Positions 48,021 to 58,675 of a DNA stretch of 64,000 bases are shown in pieces; the stretch's first letter is position 1; every line of letters begins with the position of its first letter. Source of the stretch: Candidatus Parcubacteria bacterium (GTDB lineage: Bacteria; Patescibacteriota; Minisyncoccia; Phycocordibacterales; UBA6065); contig JBDKKJ010000002.1 in the NCBI GenBank assembly GCA_039796155.1, forward strand, positions 31,365 through 95,364, written 5' to 3'. The notes beneath the pieces are model-generated. The model had not been told where the DNA came from, ran no database searches, and saw only the letters and a program-made list of their open reading frames with translations. The position numbers were made by a program, and so were the translations under genes.

Positions 48021-49742
48021 ATGGACGTTCAAATAAAAATAAAGTCGGCGATACAAGTAGCGCTCAAGTCGCTTGGTATTACCGCGCCTGAAATAACGCT
48101 CGAACATCCGGCTGATGCGGTAAATGGTGACTTTGCAACAAACGTTGCCCTTGCTCTCGCAAAACAGACCAAATCAAATCCACGTGAACTGGCCGAGAAA
48201 ATCGTAACCACATTACGCGACACACGAATCGAATCAGTGGATAAAATAGAAATGGCGGGTCCGGGCTTTATTAATTTTTATCTTTCAAAAAGATTTTTTA
48301 CTGCCGAGGTAGAAGCGATCCTCAAAAGAGGGGAGCTCTATGGAAACTCAAACGAGTGGCGTGGCCGAAAGATGTTGGTTGAATACACTGACCCAAATCC
48401 TTTTAAGGAATTTCACATTGGACACCTCATGTCGAATGCTATAGGTGAATCAATCGCACGACTTATCAGCTCACAAGGCGCAAAGGTCCGTCGTATGTGC
48501 TATCAAGGTGACTTTGGAATGCATGTAGCAAAAACCATGTGGGCTCTTCTTAAAAACGAGGCAGAAATGCCAGGTAAGCGCGCACCTTTGGCTGAGAGGG
48601 TCGCCTTTCTAGGTAGGTCGTATGTTGAAGGCTCAAAAACCTACGAAGAAGATCCTGTTGCAAAGACAGAAATAGAAGCTCTCAACAAAAAGATTTTTGA
48701 GGCAAAAGATAGAAGGCTTATGAAGCTCTATAAACTTGGACGAAAGTGGAGCCTTCTTAACTTTGAAGAAATCTATAAGAAGCTCGGTACAAAGTTTGAT
48801 TATTACTACCTTGAAAGCGAAGTAGCTCATGACGGTGTTGCCTTAGTAAATGAATTTCTTGAAAAAGGGATATTCGAAAAATCAGAAGGAGCTGTTGTGT
48901 TTAAAGGTGAAAAGTTTGATTCAAAACTTCACACTCGTGTGTTTATAAACTCACAGGGTATCCCAACCTACGAAGCAAAAGAACTTGGACTCAATACCAA
49001 GAAGTGGAAGAAGGTGCGTGCAGATAAATCAATTATTGTTACTGCAAATGAGCAGGCTGATTATTTCCGTGTAGTTTTGAAGGCGCTTGAACTCATTGAA
49101 CCAGAAGCGCGAAAGGCCACAGAGCACGTATCACACGGTATGCTTCGTTTTGCTGATGGAAAAATGTCATCACGAACAGGAAATGTGATTACGGGAGAGT
49201 CACTTATAAAGAGTATTGAGGCTATGGTAATGGAAAAGCTCAATGAACGCGAAATGGATGACAAGCAAAAAGCGAAGACTGCTGAAATTATTGCTGTTGC
49301 TGCAATCAAATACTCAATCCTCAAACAGGTCACTTCATCAGATATTATTTACGACGTCGATAAATCAATTTCATTTGAAGGTGATTCTGGTCCATATCTT
49401 TTGTACACAGCAGTACGTGCGCAATCTATTCTTGAAAAGGCAAAGAAGGAAAAAATAAAACCTGTTGTTACAAATAAAGATGAAGGAACAAGTCCACTTA
49501 CACGACACCTCTCACGATTCGGGGAAGTGGTCACACGATCAGCGTACGAGAAGGCGCCTCATTATGTTGCTACATATTTGATTGAACTCTCTTCTATGTT
49601 TAATGCCTGGTATGCCAACACTCAGATTGTGAACAAAGAAGATGCTGAATCAGCACAAAAGGTGGCTACAACACAGGCGGTTCGAATCGTTCTCGAGAAT
49701 GGATTGAAACTTCTAGGAATGAAAGTGCCGGAGAAAATGTAA
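48021..49742 (+). CDS. argS: arginyl-tRNA synthetase
   Basis: N-terminal add-1 domain, 'FHIGHL' HIGH motif, DALR anticodon-binding C-terminus; 573 aa. Confidence 0.85.
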   Translation: MDVQIKIKSAIQVALKSLGITAPEITLEHPADAVNGDFATNVALALAKQTKSNPRELAEKIVTTLRDTRIESVDKIEMAGPGFINFYLSKRFFTAEVEAILKRGELYGNSNEWRGRKMLVEYTDPNPFKEFHIGHLMSNAIGESIARLISSQGAKVRRMCYQGDFGMHVAKTMWALLKNEAEMPGKRAPLAERVAFLGRSYVEGSKTYEEDPVAKTEIEALNKKIFEAKDRRLMKLYKLGRKWSLLNFEEIYKKLGTKFDYYYLESEVAHDGVALVNEFLEKGIFEKSEGAVVFKGEKFDSKLHTRVFINSQGIPTYEAKELGLNTKKWKKVRADKSIIVTANEQADYFRVVLKALELIEPEARKATEHVSHGMLRFADGKMSSRTGNVITGESLIKSIEAMVMEKLNEREMDDKQKAKTAEIIAVAAIKYSILKQVTSSDIIYDVDKSISFEGDSGPYLLYTAVRAQSILEKAKKEKIKPVVTNKDEGTSPLTRHLSRFGEVVTRSAYEKAPHYVATYLIELSSMFNAWYANTQIVNKEDAESAQKVATTQAVRIVLENGLKLLGMKVPEKM

Positions 49743-49748
49743 AGACAA

Positions 49749-49784
49749 AAAGCCGGGCGGCCTGCGGCCGCCCGGCTTTTGTTT
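49749..49784 (+). terminator. rho-independent terminator
   Basis: Long GC hairpin agccgggcggcctgcggccgcccggct plus T-run. Confidence 0.65.
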
Positions 49785-49821
49785 GACTTTTATGGTGATA
49801 TAGAGAGAATGAGTATGAAAC

Positions 49822-50388
49822 ATGACCTCTCAACAAGCATTGCTTCAACCCGTCTACGGAGAGCTTTTGCTCAACGTGGGCGACCTCATCGAACGCGCCC
49901 TTGCTATAAAGCGAGCGGCCCAAAAAAAGAAATTTCAATCCTTTAATCCATCTACTGACAATTTTCAATTCTTGCTACAACAATCAGGTGTTCGTGATGT
50001 AGGTCGCTATCAGCAACGTTGGACTCCAAAAACTGATTTTGAAAAGCACGGCGGATACAGTGCATATAGTCATTATCAGCTCAAGGGTATGAAAGGGCAC
50101 AAGCCCCTTACAACACTAGGCGTTCTCGGTCAGCTTAATGTTCGCCCGAACATGCATGCAACGACACGGGAACTAATGGGTTTGTTTTTGAATCACCACG
50201 CGGAAATGGTGATGTTCTTGAAACGAAAACATCGTTTGATAGCGTTAGGAAATGACATGTTCCATCAGTATGGAGCAGCGATTCTAATTCTCAAGAGGCG
50301 TAAATTTTTATTACAGGATCTTTCGTGTAGACTCACAGTTGCCTGGTTGCCATCTGATATTTTTGTGACTCGCATTGATCCCTCATAG
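49822..50388 (+). CDS. hypothetical protein
   Basis: 188-aa ORF, no recognised motif; His-rich. Confidence 0.35.
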   Translation: MTSQQALLQPVYGELLLNVGDLIERALAIKRAAQKKKFQSFNPSTDNFQFLLQQSGVRDVGRYQQRWTPKTDFEKHGGYSAYSHYQLKGMKGHKPLTTLGVLGQLNVRPNMHATTRELMGLFLNHHAEMVMFLKRKHRLIALGNDMFHQYGAAILILKRRKFLLQDLSCRLTVAWLPSDIFVTRIDPS

Positions 50389-50450
50389 GAGGGGTCTTTT
50401 TTTTGTAAGTTCCTTTCAAAAATCTCTAAAAATTGCTAATCTAAGCCTCT

Positions 50451-53400
50451 ATGGCAGATATTGATAAACCAAAGCCCGTAACAGCTCCAAAGACCAAACT
50501 CGTCGACATCGAAGAGAAGGTTTTGGCGTTCTGGTCTAAAGAAGATATTTTTTCAAAGTCACTCGAGAAGAAGGGTAAAGAATTTGTATTTTATGATGGA
50601 CCTCCGTTTGCAAACGGTCAGCCTCACTACGGCCACATGCTTACAAGCTTTATTAAAGACACAATCCCTCGCTACAAAACTATGCAGGGTTACCATGTCG
50701 CACGACGATGGGGTTGGGATTGTCACGGTCTTCCTGTAGAAAACCTTATTGAAAAAGAACTCGGTCTCAAATCTAAAAAAGATATTCTAGATTACGGTCT
50801 CGAGAAGTTTAATAAAGCAGCAGGGGACAGTGTGCTTCGTTATGCAGACGATTGGCGAAAACAAATTCCGCGTATCGGTCGTTGGGTTGATATGGAGAAT
50901 GATTACCGAACCATGGATGCAGGTTACACCCAGTCTGTTTGGTGGGTATTCAAAAACCTCTATGACAAAGGCCTCGTGTACGAAGGTTTCAAATCAATGC
51001 AGATTTGCCCTCGTTGCGAAACAACACTTTCAAACTTTGAAGTAAATCAGGGATATAAAGACATCACTGATATTTCGGTGTACGTAAAACTTGAACTGGC
51101 TAAAGAACCAGGTACATATTTTATTGCCTGGACGACGACTCCGTGGACTCTTCCTGGAAACGTAGCTCTTGCTGTGGGTGCAGATATTGATTATGCACGT
51201 GTTACCTCAGAAGGTATGACATACATTGTTGCTCGTGATCGAGTGGCAGATGTTTTTGCTGGAAAGAATCATGACCTTACAACGGTTGTAAAAGGTTCAA
51301 CGCTTGTTGGTACAGAGTACAAACCAATTTTCTCATACTACAACACCAACGCTACAAAGAATGTTGAAAACGGTTTCAAGGTTTACGCTGCGGAATTTGT
51401 TACTACCACCGATGGATCGGGAATAGTGCATATTGCACCTGCGTTTGGTGAAGATGACATGAAGCTCGGACAGAAAGAAAATCTTCCGTTTGTTCAGCAT
51501 GTAGGCATGGATGGTCGTTTCAAATCTGAAGTACGAGACTTTGTGGGACTTGAGGTAAAGCCAAAAGGTGCAGCAACCGGAGATCACCAGAAGACCGACA
51601 TTGAAGTAATAAAATGGTTGGCGCACAACGGTTTTCTTTTTGAAAAGAAGAAAATAATCCACTCATATCCTCATTGCTGGAGATGTGATACACCTCTTCT
51701 TAATTACGCTGCGTCTTCGTGGTTTGTTAAGGTTACAGATTTTAAAGACAAACTCGTTGCTGCAAATAAGAAAGTTTCTTGGACACCGAATGATATTCGA
51801 GATGGGCGCTTTGGTAAGTGGCTTGAAAATGCACGCGACTGGGCAATATCTCGTTCACGATTCTGGGGTGCACCGATTCCTGCGTGGAAGGGGATAAATT
51901 CAGGTACGCTCTATCCTGTAGGAACTCTCGACGAACTTTCAGATCTCATAAAGAAATCAGGTAACTCATATACACTGCTCCGTCACGGAGAAGCAGAGTG
52001 TAATGTGCTTGGTGTTTCAAACTCTGAAGTGCTCGATAAATATCACCTTACAGAAAAAGGACGTAGCGAAGTTGCTGCTCAAGCACAAAAGATTGCGAAA
52101 ATGGGAATCGATGTAATTATCGCTTCTGATTTCATGCGTACTAAAGAAACCGCACGAATCGTTGCTGAAGCCTGCGGTATGGATTCAAACGAAATTGTCT
52201 ACGATGTTCGACTTCGTGAGTACAGTGTTGGCCCCGACAGAGAAGGAAAGCTTTGGCGAGACACCGAATCACATGTCCGCTCACAGGGATTTTTCCCTGG
52301 AATGGAAAGACCAGCTGATTTAAAGAAGCGTGTTTTTGAGGCTCTCTATGACATCGACAAAAAGTATTCAGGTAAACGAATATTGATCATAAGTCATGGT
52401 TCACCGCTCAACAACTTACTCCATGGTATTGATGCAACTGCCGGAGAAGACAAGGTCTTTCATGACGAGCGACGTTATTTCCAGACAACTGCAGAAATGC
52501 ATCCACTCGAGTTTGTCCGACTGCCTCACAATGATAGTTTCGATCTCGATCTTCACCGACCATTTATAGATCGAGTGGAGTGTGTTGGGCCAGATGGGGA
52601 ACAGCTCGTTCGCGTTGCTGAAGTTTTTGACTGCTGGTTCGAGTCAGGTGCTATGCCATACGGTGAGGCGTATTATCACGGCTCACGACAGAGCCATTTT
52701 GATCCAAAGGGAAGTCTCTTTAAAAAGAAGATCGGTTTTCCCGCTGACTTTATAGCAGAAGGTCTTGATCAGACACGTGGGTGGTTCTACTCAATGCTTG
52801 TGCTTGGTGTTGGACTCTTTAATACAAGCCCGTACAAGAACGTTATTGTTAACGGAATTATTTTGGCTGAGAATGGTGAAAAAATGTCGAAGCGTCTTAA
52901 AAACTATCCAGACCCAATGGAAGTTATCGGCAAATATGGTTCAGACTCACTCCGTTACTACTTGTTATCTTCACCGGTTGTTGCCGCTCAAGATCTCTGC
53001 TTTGTAGAGAAGGGTGTTGATGATATTTCAAAGAAACTTCTCCAGCGACTTGATAACGTGCTTTCGTTCTATGAATTGTACGCGGATGAAAATGCGTCTC
53101 AGATACCTGTTACCAACACGTCTTCAAATGTTCTTGATCGATGGATTGTTGCACGTCTCGTCGAGACTCAGGTAGCAATGACCGAAGGACTCGATAAGTA
53201 TCAGATAGATAAAGCTGCACGACCGCTCATGACTTTTGTTGATGATCTTTCAACATGGTACACACGCCGTTCTCGAGATCGATTTAAATCAGATGATGCT
53301 TCAGACAAAGCGGCCGCCCTCGCTACAACACGGTATGTTCTGAGAGAATTCGCTAAAATATCAGCACCTATTCTTCCGTTCTACGCTGAATATTTGTTCG

Positions 53401-53957
53401 GTAGGGTAAAGGCACATGCAGAAAGCCAGAGTGTTCATTTAGAATCTTGGCCAGAGTACAAGAACCATGATGCAGAGGTGATTTCAAACATGTCTGAAGT
53501 TCGACGATTGGTAACACTTGGTCTTGAACAGCGTGCAAAGGCGAATCTTAAAGTACGTCAGCCTCTTGCAGCACTTTCAGTAAAGGTAAAAACCCTTACG
53601 CCTGAATTCTTGGATCTTATTAAAGACGAAGTGAACGTAAAAGAAGTTGTTGTGGATGAAAAAATAGAGAGCGACGTTCTTCTTGATACGAAAGTTTCAG
53701 AATCGCTTCGAAAGGAAGGTGTTGCTCGTGACCTCATCCGTGCAATTCAGGAATTAAGAAAGACAGAGGGTCTCACCGTGGGGGACAAGGTTGTGCTCAT
53801 CCTTGATTCAGATGAAAAGGCAAAAGAACTTGTTCATGCATTCCTTCATGATATTAAAAAGGTGACACTCGTTACTGGTGTTGAATACACGCACCTTCCA
53901 CATGCAAATGAGCTTGTGGTTGAAGAATACAGATTCAAGATTGGATTTAAGAGGTAA
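50451..53957 (+). CDS. ileS: isoleucyl-tRNA synthetase with an inserted histidine-phosphatase (PGAM-like) domain
   Basis: Class I motifs PHYGH and KMSKRLKN, WDCHGLPVE, CP1 editing region, type-2-like anticodon-binding C-terminus; ~200-aa insertion between '…RFWGAPIPAW' and '…FDCWFESGAMP' containing LLRHGEAECN…RTKETA…ISHGSP. Confidence 0.85.
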   Translation: MADIDKPKPVTAPKTKLVDIEEKVLAFWSKEDIFSKSLEKKGKEFVFYDGPPFANGQPHYGHMLTSFIKDTIPRYKTMQGYHVARRWGWDCHGLPVENLIEKELGLKSKKDILDYGLEKFNKAAGDSVLRYADDWRKQIPRIGRWVDMENDYRTMDAGYTQSVWWVFKNLYDKGLVYEGFKSMQICPRCETTLSNFEVNQGYKDITDISVYVKLELAKEPGTYFIAWTTTPWTLPGNVALAVGADIDYARVTSEGMTYIVARDRVADVFAGKNHDLTTVVKGSTLVGTEYKPIFSYYNTNATKNVENGFKVYAAEFVTTTDGSGIVHIAPAFGEDDMKLGQKENLPFVQHVGMDGRFKSEVRDFVGLEVKPKGAATGDHQKTDIEVIKWLAHNGFLFEKKKIIHSYPHCWRCDTPLLNYAASSWFVKVTDFKDKLVAANKKVSWTPNDIRDGRFGKWLENARDWAISRSRFWGAPIPAWKGINSGTLYPVGTLDELSDLIKKSGNSYTLLRHGEAECNVLGVSNSEVLDKYHLTEKGRSEVAAQAQKIAKMGIDVIIASDFMRTKETARIVAEACGMDSNEIVYDVRLREYSVGPDREGKLWRDTESHVRSQGFFPGMERPADLKKRVFEALYDIDKKYSGKRILIISHGSPLNNLLHGIDATAGEDKVFHDERRYFQTTAEMHPLEFVRLPHNDSFDLDLHRPFIDRVECVGPDGEQLVRVAEVFDCWFESGAMPYGEAYYHGSRQSHFDPKGSLFKKKIGFPADFIAEGLDQTRGWFYSMLVLGVGLFNTSPYKNVIVNGIILAENGEKMSKRLKNYPDPMEVIGKYGSDSLRYYLLSSPVVAAQDLCFVEKGVDDISKKLLQRLDNVLSFYELYADENASQIPVTNTSSNVLDRWIVARLVETQVAMTEGLDKYQIDKAARPLMTFVDDLSTWYTRRSRDRFKSDDASDKAAALATTRYVLREFAKISAPILPFYAEYLFGRVKAHAESQSVHLESWPEYKNHDAEVISNMSEVRRLVTLGLEQRAKANLKVRQPLAALSVKVKTLTPEFLDLIKDEVNVKEVVVDEKIESDVLLDTKVSESLRKEGVARDLIRAIQELRKTEGLTVGDKVVLILDSDEKAKELVHAFLHDIKKVTLVTGVEYTHLPHANELVVEEYRFKIGFKR

Positions 53958-53980
53958 TCATATACCCAAGAGGTATAATA

Positions 53981-54012
53981 AAAAAACCGCGGACAAGAGT
54001 CCGCGGTTTGCG
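53981..54012. terminator. bidirectional terminator between ileS and gmk
   Basis: Hairpin aaccgcggacaagagtccgcggtt flanked by A-run/T-run. Confidence 0.55.
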
Positions 54013-54016
54013 TTGG

Positions 54017-54616
54017 TTATCGAACTGTTTCCATATCGATTAACCAACGTTGAACAAGGTGTGTCAGAAGAGCTATATTGTCATCGAACTCACCATCGAG
54101 ATTTTGCAGCGTTTTGTTGAAGTTCAGTTTGCGCGCACGCTTAATCTCGCTGAGCGAGCGCCTGGTCCTGCGACCAAGCTCCTCGTCGGCCATACCGCCC
54201 GGCCTGTTGATTGCTCGCGCCACAAGATCTTCTAATGGTGCTGTAACAAAAATACTGCGCAGGGCTTGTTTTATCCGATCATCTTCACTTCGTAACAAGC
54301 TTTCGTAGCCCTGGATATCAATTGTGAGGATGAGGTGATCGCCCTTTTTAAGGGCATCGTTGATGGTCGCAAGGCGTGTGCCGTAGAAGTGTTCATTGAT
54401 GGTTGCTGTCTCAATGAACTCTCCTGATTTTTCAAGTTCAACAAACTTCTCTCGAGTGGTGAAGAAATAATCGACACCATCGACCTCGCCAGGACGGGGA
54501 GATCTTGTTGTCATAGTGACACTTTTTTTGAACTTGAGTGATTGGGTGAGTCCGTTGGCTATAGTGGTTTTACCCGCCGCAAAAGGACCGACAATAACGA
54601 GGAGGAATGGGTTCAT
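54017..54616 (-). CDS. gmk: guanylate kinase
   Basis: P-loop GPFAAGKTT and TTRSPRPGEVDGVDYFF motif; internal ATG (MNPFLLV) preferred. Confidence 0.8.
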   Translation of the reverse strand: MNPFLLVIVGPFAAGKTTIANGLTQSLKFKKSVTMTTRSPRPGEVDGVDYFFTTREKFVELEKSGEFIETATINEHFYGTRLATINDALKKGDHLILTIDIQGYESLLRSEDDRIKQALRSIFVTAPLEDLVARAINRPGGMADEELGRRTRRSLSEIKRARKLNFNKTLQNLDGEFDDNIALLTHLVQRWLIDMETVR

Positions 54617-54724
54617 AATTAGAGTGATCTGCAATTCTGACGTTTGCTGACGAAGACCGTGTTAGGCACAGTTCTACCTGAAATATAGGACATTTGCAAG
54701 TTGAATCTTTGTTACAATTAACAG

Positions 54725-55288
54725 ATGTCATATGCGGTTTATACAACTCGAGGTTTTATTCTTGGGAGCGCGCCCTCTGGTGAGGCTTCAAAGATCTATC
54801 ATATATATACCGAGGACTTTGGTCTCATTTTTGCTAAAGCACAGAGTGTTCGACTTTTAACCTCAAAACTACGCTTCAATCTTGAAGAGTATTCTTTTGC
54901 AACATTCTCATTGGTACGTGGAAAAGAGATTTGGCGACTAACTGGGGCGACTGAAAAGCTCAATAATGCTCGATTTAATAGGGTGTATGCTCGAGTGCTC
55001 AATTTGATGCGCCGACTTGTTCAGGGAGAAGAAAAAAATCCTGGCTTATTTAGTACGCTAGTTTTTATGATGCAGGGAATGGAGAGCGAAGCACCTGAGG
55101 ATATGATTGCATTCGAGTCTCTTGTTCTCATTCACGTCCTCTCAACTCTTGGGTATATCGATCCAAAAGTTCTTGTTGGTATTGGTCGCGATACAAAACC
55201 ATCACTTTCTGATTTGGAGGCAGTTAAGGCAAAGAAGAGGGAGGTAATAGCTGAAATCAATAAGGCACTTAAAGAAAGCCAGCTCTAA
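54725..55288 (+). CDS. RecO-like DNA repair protein (short form)
   Basis: N-terminal OB-fold pattern AVYTTRGFILGSAPSGEASKIYHIYTEDFGLIFAKAQSVR… resembles RecO; 187 aa, lacks zinc finger. Confidence 0.4.
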   Translation: MSYAVYTTRGFILGSAPSGEASKIYHIYTEDFGLIFAKAQSVRLLTSKLRFNLEEYSFATFSLVRGKEIWRLTGATEKLNNARFNRVYARVLNLMRRLVQGEEKNPGLFSTLVFMMQGMESEAPEDMIAFESLVLIHVLSTLGYIDPKVLVGIGRDTKPSLSDLEAVKAKKREVIAEINKALKESQL

Positions 55289-55324
55289 CGTGGGATTTCT
55301 ACGTCTCAATGGTATAATTCCACC

Positions 55325-57244
55325 ATGTTTGAAAGTGAGAAAAGAAGTCCTTTGGACCGCCTTAAAAAAGGCCTATATTCAAGAAATGATTCTTTTGGAG
55401 ATGCTCCACGTCACGATATTCACCCACAAAAGAGTGTGGTTCCTGAGTCGTGGGTAGCACCAGAATCAACCGAACCTGTCTCGGCACCGTATACGATACA
55501 TAAAACACGAAAGGCGTATCACATTGTATTTATTGCCTCATTCTTTTTCTTTCTTGTTGCTGCGGCCGTTGCGGGGTACACATTTTTTGGAGGAAAAAAC
55601 TTTGTCTCGGCTGACAATGTAGATATTTTGGTGGAAGGTCCAGCTTCTATTGGTGGAGGTGAACCTCTTTCTTTAAATATATCTGTGGTAAATAAAAACT
55701 CGACTGATATTCAGTTGGTTGATTTGATTGTTGAGTATCCCGCAGGATCAAAAGATGTTACTGACCCTGCAAAAGACATATCAAAATTCAGACTTTCTTT
55801 AGGTGACATCAAATCGCAATCTCTAGTTCAGAAAACACTTTCATCTCTCATGTATGGCGAGGAAGGGGACAAGCGTGAAATACGTTTTGCTGCTGAATAT
55901 CGCACTGCAAACTCAAATGCAATTTTTGTTAAAGAGAAATCATATATTATAAGCATTTCTTCTTCGCCGGTTACTGTTTCGATAGATGCAAGGGGTAAAA
56001 TACTTGGCGGTCAGGCATCAGATATCAAGGTCACCGTGTCTTCAAACACCACGTCAGTGATAAAGAATCTTTTACTCTCACTCGAATATCCTTTTGGATT
56101 TACTGTTCTCTCGGCTTCACCTGCCGCTACGTTTGGTGACGGTATTTGGCGTATTGGGGATTTGGCTCCTGGAGCAAAGAAGGTTATTACCCTCAAGGCG
56201 TCTGCCGAAGGCCAGGATGAAGAATCAAAGACAGTTAAAGCGCATGTTGGTATTCAGAGTGATACAGACGAGCGTGAAATAGCTACAAATATTATTTCTC
56301 GTAATCACACATTTACCATCGAGCGCCCATTCCTTGGACTCGATCTTACCCTCGATGGAAACAGAGGAGACGCGACGACAGAGGCGGGAAGAACAGTACG
56401 TGCAGAGATTATATGGACCAATAACAGCCTTACAAAAATAACTAACGCACGTATCGAAGCGAAACTTTCCGGAAATGTTTTGGATAAAAATTCTGTGAGT
56501 GTTGATGGTGGATACTATGACTCTCTTACAAATACTGTTATCTGGGAAGCAGGTAGAACATCAGGATTTGATTCACTTGCACCGAGTGGTACAGGCCGAG
56601 TTGGTTTTAACGTTCGATCAATGAATGCGTCATCGGGTAGTATTCCGCAAAACCCTTCTATTACTGTTTCTGTTTCAGGAAAGGGTGACAGACTTGATGA
56701 AAACGGTGTGCCGTCAGAAATTACCTCAGGTGTTTCTCGTTCAATTAAGCTCGTTTCAAATATGGCCCTCTCTGCTCGAGTGCTTCGAGGACAAGGACCA
56801 ATCTCAAATACGGGTCCGATACCACCAAGGGTTGATGAGGTAACCTCATATACAGTCATATGGACAGTAACCAATACTTCGAATAGTATCACTGGAGCAC
56901 GTGTTACGGCCGCTTTGCCACCCCAGGTATCATGGACAAATGTTGTATCTCCAGCGGATTCCGGGCTCACATATGATTCGAATGGAGGAAATATTACGTG
57001 GGTGGTCGGTGCAGTGCCTCGAAATGCGACTGTGGGAAGCGGAGCTCGACAGGTTTCTTTCCAGGTTGCTATTCGACCAAGCGCAAACCAAAAGGGTACA
57101 GCACCAGAAGTTATAGGTACAGCAACACTTATCGGAACCGATACCTTTACAGGTGCAACACTTCGAAACTCTACGTCAGCACTTTCGACACGAACATCAA
57201 CAGATTCACTTTATAAAAATGGCGACGACTTAGTGACTCAGTAA
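55325..57244 (+). CDS. large membrane-anchored surface protein with repeated beta-rich domains
   Basis: ~60-aa cytoplasmic N-terminus, one TM (IVFIASFFFFLVAAAVAGYTFF), ~570-aa ectodomain with internally repeated segments. Confidence 0.45.
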   Translation: MFESEKRSPLDRLKKGLYSRNDSFGDAPRHDIHPQKSVVPESWVAPESTEPVSAPYTIHKTRKAYHIVFIASFFFFLVAAAVAGYTFFGGKNFVSADNVDILVEGPASIGGGEPLSLNISVVNKNSTDIQLVDLIVEYPAGSKDVTDPAKDISKFRLSLGDIKSQSLVQKTLSSLMYGEEGDKREIRFAAEYRTANSNAIFVKEKSYIISISSSPVTVSIDARGKILGGQASDIKVTVSSNTTSVIKNLLLSLEYPFGFTVLSASPAATFGDGIWRIGDLAPGAKKVITLKASAEGQDEESKTVKAHVGIQSDTDEREIATNIISRNHTFTIERPFLGLDLTLDGNRGDATTEAGRTVRAEIIWTNNSLTKITNARIEAKLSGNVLDKNSVSVDGGYYDSLTNTVIWEAGRTSGFDSLAPSGTGRVGFNVRSMNASSGSIPQNPSITVSVSGKGDRLDENGVPSEITSGVSRSIKLVSNMALSARVLRGQGPISNTGPIPPRVDEVTSYTVIWTVTNTSNSITGARVTAALPPQVSWTNVVSPADSGLTYDSNGGNITWVVGAVPRNATVGSGARQVSFQVAIRPSANQKGTAPEVIGTATLIGTDTFTGATLRNSTSALSTRTSTDSLYKNGDDLVTQ

Positions 57245-57262
57245 AACTTTAATAACAATACA

Positions 57263-58660
57263 ATGAAGAAAGAAGAAAAAAATCAGGTAATGGAAAACAT
57301 CATCTCTCTTGCAAAGAGAAGGGGATTCATATTCCAAGGTTCTGAAATATACGGCGGTCTTGCGGGTACTTGGGACTACGCTCCTTTCGGCGTTGCACTT
57401 AAGAACAATATAAAGAAGATTTGGTGGAAGCGATTCGTTGATGATCGTGATGACATGTACGGTATGGATGCTGCTATTTTGATGAACCAGAATGTCTGGA
57501 AAGCATCAGGACACGTGGGTGGATTTGCTGATCCGTTGGTTGAAGACAAGAAAACAAAGAAGCGCTTCCGTGCAGACCATCTTCTCGAAGAGGCGGGTGT
57601 AGATCCAAAGGGTATGACGCTTGATATGATGTCGGCCGCTCTCAAAGAAAAGAAAATCAAAAGTCCTGATGGTAACGACCTTTCAGATGTAAAGCAATTC
57701 AACATGATGTTTAAAACTCATGTGGGTGCCATGGAGGATGAGACTGCTGTTTCATACCTCCGTCCAGAAACAGCACAGGGTATGTTTGTGAACTTTAAAA
57801 ACATCATGGATACCTTCCACCCTCGTTTGCCATTCGGTATGGCTCAGATTGGAAAGGCGTTTCGAAATGAAATTGCTCCTCGCGACTTTATCTTCCGTAC
57901 TCGTGAATTCGAACAGATGGAAATAGAGTATTTTGTCGACCCTCGAAACGAAAAGGCGGTAAATGAAATGATTGATGCGTTGTATGCAGAACAGTTGGCA
58001 TTGCTTGCTGACATTGGACTCGACGCAGCAAAGATTCATAAAATCGAGATTGATCCAGCGGACCGTGCTCACTATTCAAAGCGTTCAATCGATACCGAGT
58101 TTGATTTTCCTTTTGGGCAGAAAGAGCTCCTTGGTCTTGCGTATCGAACTGATTACGATTTGAAAGCACATACGAATGCGAGTGGTACCGATCTCTCGTA
58201 CTTTGATGAGGAATCAAAAGAACGTTTTATTCCGCACTGCATTGAACCTACGTTCGGACTCGACCGACTTGTATTGGCTGTGTTATCACAGGCATATACC
58301 GAGGATGAATTGGGTGGGGAAAAACGCGTGTATTTGAAACTTGCTTCAGCTGTTGCTCCTATTAAAATCGCAGTGTTTCCACTTCTTAAAAATAAAGAAG
58401 CGCTCACGGGTAAAGCTCAGGAATTGTATAAAGTTCTCCGTAAAGAATTTGGTGCTGTTGAATATGATGAGACGGGCTCAATCGGGAAGCGCTACCGCCG
58501 ACAGGATGAAATTGGTACACCGTACTGTGTGACAGTTGATTTTGAAACTATTGAAAAGGACGGTAGTCCTGTGACTGTTCGTGATCGAGATGCAGGGGCG
58601 CAGGAAAAGATTGCTCTCAAAGACCTCGTCTCATACCTCGAGCAGAAGTTGGGTAAGTAA
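57263..58660 (+). CDS. glyQS: glycyl-tRNA synthetase (dimeric alpha2 type)
   Basis: …FQGSEIYGGLAGTWDYAPFG…, class II motifs, C-terminal anticodon-binding domain; 465 aa. Confidence 0.85.
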   Translation: MKKEEKNQVMENIISLAKRRGFIFQGSEIYGGLAGTWDYAPFGVALKNNIKKIWWKRFVDDRDDMYGMDAAILMNQNVWKASGHVGGFADPLVEDKKTKKRFRADHLLEEAGVDPKGMTLDMMSAALKEKKIKSPDGNDLSDVKQFNMMFKTHVGAMEDETAVSYLRPETAQGMFVNFKNIMDTFHPRLPFGMAQIGKAFRNEIAPRDFIFRTREFEQMEIEYFVDPRNEKAVNEMIDALYAEQLALLADIGLDAAKIHKIEIDPADRAHYSKRSIDTEFDFPFGQKELLGLAYRTDYDLKAHTNASGTDLSYFDEESKERFIPHCIEPTFGLDRLVLAVLSQAYTEDELGGEKRVYLKLASAVAPIKIAVFPLLKNKEALTGKAQELYKVLRKEFGAVEYDETGSIGKRYRRQDEIGTPYCVTVDFETIEKDGSPVTVRDRDAGAQEKIALKDLVSYLEQKLGK

Positions 58661-58675
58661 TATCTAAGAATTAAT

